From: Candidatus Nanopusillus sp.
GTDB lineage: Archaea > Nanobdellota > Nanobdellia > Nanobdellales > Nanobdellaceae
Assembly: GCA_036845085.1 (NCBI GenBank)
Contig: DAIUEN010000011.1
Coordinates: 1 to 17,716 of the forward strand
Direction of reading: 5' to 3'
DNA: 17,716 bases
The notes under the pieces were generated by a model that searched no databases, was not told the origin of the DNA, and worked only from the letters and a program-made list of their open reading frames with translations. Both the position numbers and the translations under genes were made by a program. This document shows positions 6,955 through 16,270 of this stretch, piece by piece (position 1 is the first letter of the stretch; every line of letters starts with the position of its first letter).

Positions 6955-7494
6955 ATGAAACTGAACTTAATAATAATACCATCAAAAAAATTTTCTGAAG
7001 ATGATCTATATAACTTTATGGATATTTTAGATGGTAAAACATATGTAGCTAATATTAAAAGGAATGTATCTATAGGAAAATATAAATCTTTAGTATTCCC
7101 AGATTTTGACATAAATGAAATATTTATGATGCGAGATCACTATTTTGATAGACTAATATTTTTAGCAGATGAAGGATTCAAAGAATTTATAAATATAAAG
7201 ATTGCTGCAATATTTACAAGATATTTAAATTTATATAAAACAGTAATACTTTCCACATTAGCTCCTATAGCTTTTATTAAGATGAATCTATTACATGGAA
7301 AAAAAATAGTATTTAATTATGAAGAATTTCCAGAATATTTAAAAATAGTAGAAAAATATAGAGCAGAATTTTTATCTGGATATAGTTATTTTGTTGATAA
7401 AAACTTAATAACTGTAAAAGGAAGGGAAACTATATATGAATTAGGGGAAGATCTATTAGAAATAGAAAAAGAATTAAAAAAACTTATGCTATAA
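6955..7494 (+). CDS. Hypothetical protein (179 aa from the first ATG)
   Basis: The track start at 6934 is TTG, and the first ATG is at 6955 (MKLNLIII). The composition is protein-like, and an ORF this long is unlikely by chance in ~75% A+T DNA, where stop codons are frequent. I recognise no family. Its 3' end overlaps the RNR 3' end by 11 nt. Confidence 0.6.
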   Translation: MKLNLIIIPSKKFSEDDLYNFMDILDGKTYVANIKRNVSIGKYKSLVFPDFDINEIFMMRDHYFDRLIFLADEGFKEFINIKIAAIFTRYLNLYKTVILSTLAPIAFIKMNLLHGKKIVFNYEEFPEYLKIVEKYRAEFLSGYSYFVDKNLITVKGRETIYELGEDLLEIEKELKKLML

Positions 7495-10222
7495 TACATT
7501 CAGACCATCCACAATCCATACAAGTTATACATCCACCTTCATGTTTTAATTTATTGCTTCCACATATAGGACATAAAGTTTTGAGATTATCATTTTTATT
7601 TATACTATAACTTGACTGTAGATTAAGCTTAACTTTTCCTACTTGACTTTCTTCTATTTTTTCTTCATATATTAGTTCTTTATATATAGCAGAAAGTTCT
7701 ATTCCTAATGACTTTAATATTTCTAAAGTTTTATTATTTATTTTTCCACTTAAAACCATTTTTAAATACTCCTTTGCTCTGTTCTTACTAGCTTCAGCAG
7801 GAGCATAATATACTTGAGCAGATTTAGAACCTTCCCTATAAATAGTAATTCCTTTACATCCAGATTTGTATGCAAATATATATGCCTTATAGACATCCTC
7901 TGGCTGTACCCATGATGGCATATTTATTGTTTTTGATATAGAAGTCGTTATCCACAATTGTGCTACTGCTTGTGCTCTTACATGATCCCACCATGGGATA
8001 TCCAAAGCTGTTAGGAATACTTTTTTCATATCTTCAGGTATTTCATCCAATCCCATCAAGCTACCACCATTATTTGAAATTTTCTTCAAAAGTTCTTCAT
8101 TATATAAACCTCTTTCTCTCAATTGTCTTTCAAATTCTATGTCTACATAATAATAAGTACCAGCAGTTACTCTTTTTTCATATACAAGAGAATATTGTGG
8201 CTCTATTCCGGATGATACATCGACTAACATAGATATTGAACCTGTTGGAGCAATAGATGTTACTTCTACATTTCTTATACCGTATTTCTTTATTTCTTCA
8301 ACAAGGTAATCCCAATCTAAAGTCCATAAATCTCTATGGTAATATCCTTCTAAAGGAATCTCTCCTTCTGGGTATGATGTTTCATAATATTTTTCAAAAA
8401 CTCCTCTTTCTTTTGCTCTATTAACTGATTCTAGCATAGAATAATAAGTTAAATATTCTGTAACTTTCATAATAAACTTAAATCCTTCTTCAGATGAATA
8501 TGGAATCTTTAATGCGTACATAGCATCTGCAAGACCCATGTATCCTAATCCTATTCTCCTAACAGATTTAGATGCTTTTTCAATTTCTTTTACAGGATAT
8601 TTATTAACATCTATTACATTATCTAAGAATCTGTATGCCCATATTATTGTTTCTTTATATTCTTCCCAGTCAAAATAAACATCACCATTCTTAAACTTTA
8701 TCATAGAGTATAAGTTTATTGATCCTAAATTACATGATTCGTATGGATATAAAGGCTGCTCTCCACATGGATTTGTTGCCTTTATTGGTCCCCTATATTT
8801 GTACATGACATTTCTTCTATTTATATTATCCATAAATAAACATCCTGGATCTGCAGATTTCCAAGCAACAAATGCTATATCATTTAATATGCTTTTTGGG
8901 TCTACATAATTTACTATTGCTTCTTTTGGCACTTTATTGATATCATAATTTAAATCTCCAGGAAATGGAGCATTATATTTACTTAATATTCTTGGATTTA
9001 TTAATGGATATGGTTTATTATCATTATAATACTCCCAAAAGTCAGGGGTAAACATAACAGATATATTAAAATTCGTCAATGTTCCTTCTTGTTCTTTAGC
9101 ATGAATAAATTTCAATATATCTGGATGCCATATTTCTAATATACCCATATTAGCTCCTCTTCTTTTGCCACCCTGTTTTATTACATCTGTTAATGTATCT
9201 ATTATTTTCATAAATGAAACAGGACCGGAAGCTACACCACCAGTAGAAGCAACGACGTCACCTTCTGGTCTTAATTTAGAATAGTTTATACCAACTCCCC
9301 CGCCAGACTTAAATATAAGTGCTGCTTCTTTGGCAGATTCCATTATACTTTCCATATCATCTTTTATATCGATGACAAAACATGCAGATAATTGACCTAA
9401 TCTAGCTCCAGCATTGAATAATGTTGGAGAATTTGGCATGAATTTTTTCTGAGCCATTAAATTAAAGTACTTCAAATAATTTTCGTAATATTTGTCAAAC
9501 TCTCCTTTTTTTATCATATCTAAAAGCTGAGTCCATGTCACCTTCATATGACCCTTTCTGTTTAATTCATCATATAAATATTTCATCCTTTCTAGATGAT
9601 ATCTATTCCATTTAACTTTATATTCCCCATTCTCATATTTTAACCCTATTTTATACTCTAATTCTTCAGGATTAAATTCTTCTTCTGGTTTCACAAACTG
9701 TTTCCCATCTTTATCATATACTCTTGGATCATAAAGTATATCAGGTATAACAACTAATGCTGCAACTCTTTCAAACATTTGTTTAGGTCCTTCTATTAAA
9801 TTTTTATTTTCATCTCTTAGTAAATATCTGTTTACCATCAACTTTATAGCATTCAATGAAAACTTCTTTGCTATATCTTCTTCGTAAAAAGGTCCTAATA
9901 ATTCCATTTTTTCTTTTCTTATTCTTTCTTTTTCTTTTCTATATGTTATATAAGCTTTTGCTACTTCATATAAGTCAAATTTGACTAAAGAATATTCTAT
10001 TATATCTTGAATCTGCTCTACATGTGGTATATTTTCTTCTCCAAACTTTTCATTCAAAATATTAACAATAAACTTTAATATTTCGCTAAGCTTATTAGGA
10101 TCGTATTGTCCTACAGCCTTCATAGCCCTTTCAATCGCGTAAAAGATCCTATATAAATCAAAATCGACAACCCTCCCGTCTCTTTTTATAACTTTTTTAA
10201 CTTTTATAGAAAGGTCCATCAT
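7484..10222 (-). CDS. nrdJ: Class II (adenosylcobalamin-dependent) ribonucleotide reductase with N-terminal ATP-cone and C-terminal Cys4 zinc finger
   Basis: ATG start. The ATP-cone is [24 protein letters not shown]. The class II active-site block is [22 protein letters not shown]. Other matching segments are SPTLFNAG and [15 protein letters not shown]. The C-terminus is CPICGS..(9)..[12 protein letters not shown]. At 912 aa there is no intein-sized insertion. Confidence 0.9.
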   Translation of the reverse strand: MMDLSIKVKKVIKRDGRVVDFDLYRIFYAIERAMKAVGQYDPNKLSEILKFIVNILNEKFGEENIPHVEQIQDIIEYSLVKFDLYEVAKAYITYRKEKERIRKEKMELLGPFYEEDIAKKFSLNAIKLMVNRYLLRDENKNLIEGPKQMFERVAALVVIPDILYDPRVYDKDGKQFVKPEEEFNPEELEYKIGLKYENGEYKVKWNRYHLERMKYLYDELNRKGHMKVTWTQLLDMIKKGEFDKYYENYLKYFNLMAQKKFMPNSPTLFNAGARLGQLSACFVIDIKDDMESIMESAKEAALIFKSGGGVGINYSKLRPEGDVVASTGGVASGPVSFMKIIDTLTDVIKQGGKRRGANMGILEIWHPDILKFIHAKEQEGTLTNFNISVMFTPDFWEYYNDNKPYPLINPRILSKYNAPFPGDLNYDINKVPKEAIVNYVDPKSILNDIAFVAWKSADPGCLFMDNINRRNVMYKYRGPIKATNPCGEQPLYPYESCNLGSINLYSMIKFKNGDVYFDWEEYKETIIWAYRFLDNVIDVNKYPVKEIEKASKSVRRIGLGYMGLADAMYALKIPYSSEEGFKFIMKVTEYLTYYSMLESVNRAKERGVFEKYYETSYPEGEIPLEGYYHRDLWTLDWDYLVEEIKKYGIRNVEVTSIAPTGSISMLVDVSSGIEPQYSLVYEKRVTAGTYYYVDIEFERQLRERGLYNEELLKKISNNGGSLMGLDEIPEDMKKVFLTALDIPWWDHVRAQAVAQLWITTSISKTINMPSWVQPEDVYKAYIFAYKSGCKGITIYREGSKSAQVYYAPAEASKNRAKEYLKMVLSGKINNKTLEILKSLGIELSAIYKELIYEEKIEESQVGKVKLNLQSSYSINKNDNLKTLCPICGSNKLKHEGGCITCMDCGWSECIIA

Positions 10223-10290
10223 TTTAAATAAATTCTAAAAAGTTTAATAAAATTTACTATCGAAATCTATCTGTATTTAAAAATTTTAAA

Positions 10291-10890
10291 CTATATCTCA
10301 ACAATTATTACATTTCTTGCTGCATTAATAATTTTTGCTTTATTAATTCTGTCTTCTAGTCCTCCCGCCTCATGAATATGCCCATGAACATTTAAAATAA
10401 CATTATCTGAATATTTAATGAATTTATACAATTCTTTGCTACCAGAAATACTTAAAGAAGTTTTAGCTCCTAATGGAGGTATATGTGTAAATAAAATTAT
10501 TTTTTTATCTTTTGATATATACTTTAATTTATCTAGAAAATCCTTTATTTCCCATTCATCTATAAAAAAAATCGGTACATCACCTCCACCAAAACCTGCT
10601 ATAACTATTTCTCCAATAGTAAAATATTTTTTATGTAATTCTCTTATACCATATTTCTTCTTTAACTCATAAATCATTTCTAGTGTTTCATGATTACCAG
10701 GAATTATAATTATTTTGTTTGGATTGATCTTACTTGTTAATCTTCCTATTAATCCTTTTTTTAATTCTCCCATATCTGAAATATCTCCAAGAAGTATAAC
10801 ATAATCTGGATTTTCCTTTTCATATAAACTAATTATTTTATAAATAATTTCTATATCGTTATGTATATCCGATGCAACTAATAATTTCAT
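10291..10890 (-). CDS. Calcineurin-like metallophosphoesterase (MJ0936/YfcE-type)
   Basis: All five motifs appear in order: SDIHND (DxH), LGDISD (GDxxD), PGNHE (GNHE), FTHIPP (H) and VHGHIHE (GHxH). The protein is 199 aa. Confidence 0.8.
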   Translation of the reverse strand: MKLLVASDIHNDIEIIYKIISLYEKENPDYVILLGDISDMGELKKGLIGRLTSKINPNKIIIIPGNHETLEMIYELKKKYGIRELHKKYFTIGEIVIAGFGGGDVPIFFIDEWEIKDFLDKLKYISKDKKIILFTHIPPLGAKTSLSISGSKELYKFIKYSDNVILNVHGHIHEAGGLEDRINKAKIINAARNVIIVEI

Positions 10891-10900
10891 AAAATTATTT

Positions 10901-11851
10901 TTATGAATATAATTTTTTAGACTTTACATATTCTATTAAAAAATTTTTTAAAATCTCTGGATCACAAAAATAATTAAATTTATATTCATCTAATATTTTC
11001 TTCATTTTATCTTTATCTTTTTCTGAGAATATATCAGATTTTGAGAAATATAATATAATGTTTTTTTCATTAAAATACTTAAGTATTCTATTTAAAAGAT
11101 TTTTTTGTTCTTCTATACTATATCCACAACTTTCTGTAACATCAAATACATATATGATTATATCTGATAAATACTTAATAGCCAAAATTGCTTTTTTTTC
11201 AATGTTATTTAATTCTTCTATATCCCTATCTAAAATTCCAGGAGTATCTATTACTTGTATTTTAAAATAAATATCCTCTATGTATCCAATCATTAAATCC
11301 TTCGTTGTAAATGGATATGGTTCTATTTTTACATTCGATCCAGTCAATCTTTTTAACAGCGTACTTTTTCCAACATTTGGTAATCCAGCAATTATTACTG
11401 TTGGATAGTTTTTTATATCTGGCATTCTTTTTTTAACTTTCTTATATTCTAAATATATATTAAATATCCAGTTATTTCTTCTAAGTATACTAGCCATTCT
11501 TCCGTAAAATTCTTTTCTATATTTTTCTATAATTTTTATATCATTTGTTAATCTAATGTTATTTCTATATTTTTTGTAAATATCAGTCATTAAACGTTTA
11601 ATATAATTTATCCTTTCTTTTACCTTTTTAAATGACTTAAATCCAAGAAATATATTATATAATTCTTTGTAAAATTCGTTTCTTGGTTCTTCTAGTTCAG
11701 AAATAATTCTATCTAATCTTGATATGAAGATTTCATAAATAGTATCTATTTTTACTAGATTTTTTTCTTTGAGATCTTTTATATATTTAGAATTCTCTCT
11801 AGCTCTTTTAAAAGCACTTTCTATTAAATCTTCAACATACTTAATTTTCAT
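10901..11851 (-). CDS. Nog1-family GTPase (archaeal NOG1-like ribosome-biogenesis GTP-binding protein)
   Basis: An N-terminal helical NOG1-type domain is followed by G1 GLPNVGKSTLL, G2-region PFTTKD, G3 DTPGILDR and a G4 variant SKSD. The protein is 316 aa. Confidence 0.75.
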   Translation of the reverse strand: MKIKYVEDLIESAFKRARENSKYIKDLKEKNLVKIDTIYEIFISRLDRIISELEEPRNEFYKELYNIFLGFKSFKKVKERINYIKRLMTDIYKKYRNNIRLTNDIKIIEKYRKEFYGRMASILRRNNWIFNIYLEYKKVKKRMPDIKNYPTVIIAGLPNVGKSTLLKRLTGSNVKIEPYPFTTKDLMIGYIEDIYFKIQVIDTPGILDRDIEELNNIEKKAILAIKYLSDIIIYVFDVTESCGYSIEEQKNLLNRILKYFNEKNIILYFSKSDIFSEKDKDKMKKILDEYKFNYFCDPEILKNFLIEYVKSKKLYS

Positions 11852-11883
11852 AAAAAGTATTTACTAAAAAAGTTAAAAATAAA

Positions 11884-12321
11884 TTATTCAACACTAATTC
11901 TCTTGCCAGCTTCTGATTTTATTTTATTTATTTCTATTCTTAATACTCCATCCTCATATTTTGCTTTTATATTATTTAAATCAGAATCTGGTGGTAATTC
12001 TATATATCTCTCATAAACACTAAATCCTTTTTCTACTCTAACATAATTCTCAGATTTTTCTTTATATTCTGATTTCCTTTTAGCTCTTAGTTTTAGAGTA
12101 TGATCTAGTACTGTTAATTCTATATCCTTCTTATCTACACCAGGCAAATCTACTTCTATAACATATTTGTCACCTTCATCTCTAATATCCATTAAAGGTT
12201 GTTCTACAATTTCTAAGTCGGAAAATCTTCTGTTCATCTCTTTCATTAATTTCTTCATTAATCTTAACTGCTTTCTAAATTGTCTGTCAAATTCATCAAA
12301 AAAGTCATCAATCCATGCCAT
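11884..12321 (-). CDS. hsp20: Small heat-shock protein, Hsp20/alpha-crystallin family
   Basis: The alpha-crystallin domain is PLMDIRDEGDKYVIEVDLPGVDKKDIELTVLDHTLKLRAKRK...GFSVYERYIELPPDSDLNNIKAKYEDGVLRIEINK. The protein is 145 aa. Confidence 0.85.
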   Translation of the reverse strand: MAWIDDFFDEFDRQFRKQLRLMKKLMKEMNRRFSDLEIVEQPLMDIRDEGDKYVIEVDLPGVDKKDIELTVLDHTLKLRAKRKSEYKEKSENYVRVEKGFSVYERYIELPPDSDLNNIKAKYEDGVLRIEINKIKSEAGKRISVE

Positions 12322-12371
12322 ATATTATATTTTATTAAAAACACTTAAGAATTTTAGACAGTATAAAATAT

Positions 12372-12980
12372 ATGAAACTTTACAGTTTGGAGGATGGAAG
12401 AACATTTGTAAGATCTGCCAGAACGATTATTAAAAACTATTTAATAAAGAAAGATATATTTTATCCAGAAGAATTATTAAAATATGAAGAAAAAGTTGGA
12501 GTTTTTACAACATTAAAGAAATATTCTAATAACTCATTAAGAGGGTGTATAGGATTTCCAAAACCCATATATCCTCTATACAAAGCTTTAGCCCTTTCAG
12601 CCATTCATGCTGCAGTTGATGATCCAAGATTTGAACCATTAAGTTTAGAAGAATTAGACAACATAATAATAGAAATAAACATATTAACAGAACCTAGATT
12701 AATAGTTGTAAATAATCCAGAAGAATATTTGGAAAAAATAAAGATTGGAGAAGATGGTTTATTATTGGAATATAAGATATATTCTGGGTTACTTTTACCA
12801 GAAGTTGCTGTGGAAGAAGAATGGGATGTAAAAACTTTTTTAGATTATTTATGTATAAAAGCTGGGCTATACAAAGACTGTTGGAAAACTTTGCCGGTAA
12901 AAATATATAAATTTCAGTCACAAATATTTGCAGAAAAAGAACCAAATGGAGAGATAATTGAAATAAAACTAAAAAAATAA
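12372..12980 (+). CDS. AMMECR1 domain protein (AmmeMemoRadiSam system protein A type)
   Basis: The signature LRGCIGFP is followed by AVDDPRFEPL and LLLPEVA. The protein is 202 aa with an ATG start. Confidence 0.85.
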   Translation: MKLYSLEDGRTFVRSARTIIKNYLIKKDIFYPEELLKYEEKVGVFTTLKKYSNNSLRGCIGFPKPIYPLYKALALSAIHAAVDDPRFEPLSLEELDNIIIEINILTEPRLIVVNNPEEYLEKIKIGEDGLLLEYKIYSGLLLPEVAVEEEWDVKTFLDYLCIKAGLYKDCWKTLPVKIYKFQSQIFAEKEPNGEIIEIKLKK

Positions 12981-12983
12981 TTC

Positions 12984-13856
12984 TTATATATAGGATATAA
13001 TAGATCCATATCCTACTACTATATCATCATTTAGGGTTTTTTCTCCAGAATTATAATATCTTAATAACTCTACTCTACCTTTTTTGTATTTAGTATATTC
13101 TATAAAAAATATAAATGGATATATTCCACATACTGTACCATTATATTTTTTTATCAAATCCCTTAAACCTTCAGAATCTAATTTTACTATCTTATCTATA
13201 TATTCTAAATCCATTTCCTTTACATTGTCTATTATATTTTCTTTAAAATATGTATAATCATATATTTCTCCATGATGTGTAAAGTCACCAGAAGATAAGA
13301 TAAATATTTCCCTATTTAATTCTTTAGAAACATTATCTATTACTCTTACAAAATCTCTAATTTTTTCTAAATTTAAATCTTTTATCAATATAGGAACTAT
13401 TTTAAATTTGTCATCGAATAAGTATTTTAAAAAAGGTAATTGAACTTCTATAGAATGCTCATATTTAAATGCTATTGGATCTTCAACAGCATCAAAACTA
13501 TCTAGTATCTTTTTTATAAATTCTTTATCTGACTCCACATACCCTAAAGGTGTATACCAATCATCTAATAATAAGGAAATATTGCTTCCTATTCCATAGT
13601 GATTTGTCCCAACGATTATTATAGTATCAAAGTTATAATTTTCATATAATTCTTTATAAGTAAACGCTGCACATGGTCCAGAAAATTCATAACCAGCATG
13701 AGGAACGATTCCAGCTAATAATTTTTTATTCATTTTAATTTCTGAAGGAATATATCCAGGTCCAAACTTTTTATCTAAAAAACATCTCTCAATTTGTTTT
13801 ATTAATTCTTCTCTATCGAAAGAATAAAATCCTTTAGCAATTGGATACTTTACCAT
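12984..13856 (-). CDS. MEMO1-family protein (AmmeMemoRadiSam system protein B type)
   Basis: AGIVPHAGYEFSGPCAA, VGTNH, HSIEVQLPFLKY and SGDFTHHG match the MEMO/extradiol-dioxygenase-class-III-like motifs. The protein is 290 aa. Its stop lies 3 nt from the convergent AMMECR1 stop. Confidence 0.85.
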   Translation of the reverse strand: MVKYPIAKGFYSFDREELIKQIERCFLDKKFGPGYIPSEIKMNKKLLAGIVPHAGYEFSGPCAAFTYKELYENYNFDTIIIVGTNHYGIGSNISLLLDDWYTPLGYVESDKEFIKKILDSFDAVEDPIAFKYEHSIEVQLPFLKYLFDDKFKIVPILIKDLNLEKIRDFVRVIDNVSKELNREIFILSSGDFTHHGEIYDYTYFKENIIDNVKEMDLEYIDKIVKLDSEGLRDLIKKYNGTVCGIYPFIFFIEYTKYKKGRVELLRYYNSGEKTLNDDIVVGYGSIISYI

Positions 13857-13944
13857 GTATATATTATTTATGGATTTCTTTTTGTTTTTAACTTATCAAT
13901 AGATCTTATGATACTTCTTTGTAAAACTATTTTTAATAATCAAT

Positions 13945-13963
13945 AAGATCTTTAGGATCCTAA
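13945..13963. promoter_or_regulatory. Abutting GATC-centred palindromes AAGATCTT and TTAGGATCCTAA (candidate protein-binding site)
   Basis: There are perfect 8-bp (13945..13952) and 12-bp (13952..13963) palindromes in the 149-nt gap between the DUF2341 gene's stop and the MEMO gene's start. A related ATCAATAGATCTTA copy sits at 13895..13908. G/C-containing palindromes stand out in this AT-rich spacer. Function is not demonstrated. Confidence 0.3.
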
Positions 13964-14005
13964 CTTTAATGCAAGCTCTGTAATATACTTAAAAGATTAT
14001 AAAGA

Positions 14006-15781
14006 CTATGTTAATATTTCTTCATATCCAATAATAACAGAAGGTTCGGGATATGTATATTTTCTAACAATGATATTATCTATCCACCCAGATGCTTCAG
14101 AAGGAAATATAACAACTCTACCAGCAGAAGTTATTGAATAATCTGTTCTAGATGCTGCTAAAACCATATTTCTCCAATATTCTAACCTATTATCCGATAT
14201 TCTAAACTCTAAAGTATATCGTGTATTTGTTGCAGCAGCAAAGTTTGTTTCTGCTAAAACTGTATCTCCACCATTTACTCTTTTACCTAATTCAGATTCA
14301 CGTCTATCATTTGATAGAGCAATGTAATAGTTGTTAGATATATCTATAAATCTTAAGTGTGCAGAAATACCTGAATTACCATCACTAAATGATGTAAATA
14401 AAACATTAAATCTTAAAGCAACATTCGTCATATTTGGTAGAAGTGTTGTTTTGGGAGAAATATATGAATAATAGCCGGCCGGACAACTAAAAGTTAATCT
14501 CCCATTTGTTGCATCATGTGTAAATGTACATCCACCCATATTACTATACGGTATAGGATGCCATCCAGGGTTGTGTACAATATCATAGTTAGATAAAGTA
14601 TTTGTTGAGAAATCATCATACCAATCAAATACATTATGTGGATTGCTTTCACTAGTAGCATTAGGATTGCCATAATACATGTACACAGTAGCATTACCGT
14701 TAGCTGAAATATACGGTACTTTTATCCATATTATTGTATTAGAAGTATTGCATCCACTTTCTATCCAGTATGGTATTTTATATTCTTTATAGTCTGAGGT
14801 ATTTAAATAAGTGAATCTAACATCACCACAATCTGGTTTCATTTTTCCTTGAGATATTGGGGTTTCTGTATCTACAGTTATATTAATTTGATAATCTATA
14901 AGTGTATTTGTATTTAGTGTATTGTTTACAATTATTTTTCTTAGGTATACTCCCATTACAGATGCAAGAGTTATATTAATAGATTCAGAAGATGATCCAA
15001 AAGTAGATTCAAATGTAGCAGTATAATTTCCTACAGAAGCATTACTATTAGTTATTACAAATGTAACTGAACAAGAATCAGAGTCGGAAACATTACAAGT
15101 CTTATATGGAGAATCGCATAAAAATCCCTCTGGTAAATAACATAAGACCATGACGGTTCCCGAAGTATTACAAGATAAGAAAGTAGTAATGGTAACGGAT
15201 TGGGATTGTCCTTGAACTAAATATATCAATGATTTATCCGAAATAATTGAATAGACATAAGCTGAAGTTGGATTACATCCAGATGGCGGATTATAATATC
15301 TGTCGGAATCGTTTTCTGATGAAGTATATGGTATGTCCTTAATATTAATTTTTGTTAAATATACAAGAGTACGTAAATTATTAGATGTTTCATATACATA
15401 AATACTAATCTGGTTAAAATAGTTACCAAACTGAAAATAACTATAATTGGCCTCTACTTTTAGAAGAGAATTATTTGGATATAGTATATAACCGTAAGGA
15501 TTTATTGGCGTTATTTTTGCATCTTGTTTATTAATTAAAACATTTATATACCTATAATCTATTGGCTCTAAAGGTTTTAGATATAGAATTATCTTAGATT
15601 CGTCATAAGTATAAGATAATAATTCAAATTTAGGATAAAAAGAGTCAGAAATAACATTTGATATAGAATTACCAGTTTGAATAGATCGAAAAATGTCTGA
15701 AGAATATAGATAAGTAAGTAAAGATAAAAAACCTACAGAGAGCACAAAAAATATCATCTCTGGAACATGAGAAGCTTTCAT
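14006..15781 (-). CDS. Prepilin-like (class III signal or signal-anchor) surface protein with Cys-rich Ig-like region, DUF2341 domain and LamG/concanavalin-like lectin domain
   Basis: The N-terminus is MKA-SHVPE-MIFFVLSVGFLSLLTYLY. Residues ~280-385 (RKIIVNNT...DYQINITVD...CGDVRFTY...IPYWIESG...IIWIKVPYISANGNATVYMYYGNPNATS...VFDWYDDF) match the DUF2341 consensus as I recall it. Residues ~385-585, ending GWIDNIIVRKY, look like LamG. I count about 15 N-x-S/T sequons and 10 Cys, six of them within residues ~168-240. Confidence 0.7.
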   Translation of the reverse strand: MKASHVPEMIFFVLSVGFLSLLTYLYSSDIFRSIQTGNSISNVISDSFYPKFELLSYTYDESKIILYLKPLEPIDYRYINVLINKQDAKITPINPYGYILYPNNSLLKVEANYSYFQFGNYFNQISIYVYETSNNLRTLVYLTKINIKDIPYTSSENDSDRYYNPPSGCNPTSAYVYSIISDKSLIYLVQGQSQSVTITTFLSCNTSGTVMVLCYLPEGFLCDSPYKTCNVSDSDSCSVTFVITNSNASVGNYTATFESTFGSSSESINITLASVMGVYLRKIIVNNTLNTNTLIDYQINITVDTETPISQGKMKPDCGDVRFTYLNTSDYKEYKIPYWIESGCNTSNTIIWIKVPYISANGNATVYMYYGNPNATSESNPHNVFDWYDDFSTNTLSNYDIVHNPGWHPIPYSNMGGCTFTHDATNGRLTFSCPAGYYSYISPKTTLLPNMTNVALRFNVLFTSFSDGNSGISAHLRFIDISNNYYIALSNDRRESELGKRVNGGDTVLAETNFAAATNTRYTLEFRISDNRLEYWRNMVLAASRTDYSITSAGRVVIFPSEASGWIDNIIVRKYTYPEPSVIIGYEEILT

Positions 15782-15823
15782 ATTAGTATACTATATATCT
15801 GATAACTTATAAAGTATCACTTA

Positions 15824-16270
15824 TCAACTTATGTATATTAGCGTTAAAAACTTAGTTCCACTACAAGAGATTAATTGTACAAAATTCCAAGAATCTTTTC
15901 TTATACTACTATTTTCAAAATATATTATAGCTTCTTCTCCTGGTAATAATAAATCTACAGGATACAATTTGCTTATGTTATAATAAAAGTTTGTTAAAAT
16001 TCCATTAACATATAACTTATAGCAATTTAAATCTTCTGGTTTGTTTCCTTTATTTTGTATTATTATATAGGGATTTTCATAATTCGACAAATTATTTTTG
16101 AATATTATTAATTCTCTGGACTTTTCGTAGTATCTCTCAGAAATAGACAATCCTATAGTATATAGGTTGTTATAACTGCTTTCGATGATATATTTTATTG
16201 TAAAAATACCGAACAAAAATATAGAGAAAACGACAATTGAAGAAAAAATTGAGGATAGATCAGCTTTCAT
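15824..16270 (-). CDS. Small pilin-like / FlaF-FlaG-like protein (148 aa from second ATG)
   Basis: I prefer the ATG at 16270 (MKADLSSIFSSIVVFSIFLFGIFTI) because it forms an ATGA overlap with the upstream stop (16267..16270). The alternative ATG is at 16282. A single N-terminal hydrophobic helix is followed by a beta-rich domain with the IIIQNKGNKPEDL..YKLYVNG pattern typical of archaeal pilin/FlaF/FlaG folds. It has 3 sequons. Confidence 0.55.
   Translation of the reverse strand: MKADLSSIFSSIVVFSIFLFGIFTIKYIIESSYNNLYTIGLSISERYYEKSRELIIFKNNLSNYENPYIIIQNKGNKPEDLNCYKLYVNGILTNFYYNISKLYPVDLLLPGEEAIIYFENSSIRKDSWNFVQLISCSGTKFLTLIYIS

Noticed and set aside
6897-7112. N-terminal 72-codon extension of the 618-aa ORF
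   Set aside because: The extension (MSKSGNTKDLYFPIDTFLL...IFIYIV) is low-complexity. It would overlap the start of the better-looking divergent plus-strand gene by ~160-180 nt. The MAEITLEEL start at 6896 leaves a sensible promoter spacer.
7484-10222. Intein or intron in the ribonucleotide reductase
   Set aside because: At 912 aa the protein fits an ATP-cone plus class II core plus Zn-finger. The catalytic blocks are contiguous, and I saw no Cys/Ser...His-Asn splice-junction insert or homing-endonuclease-sized gap.
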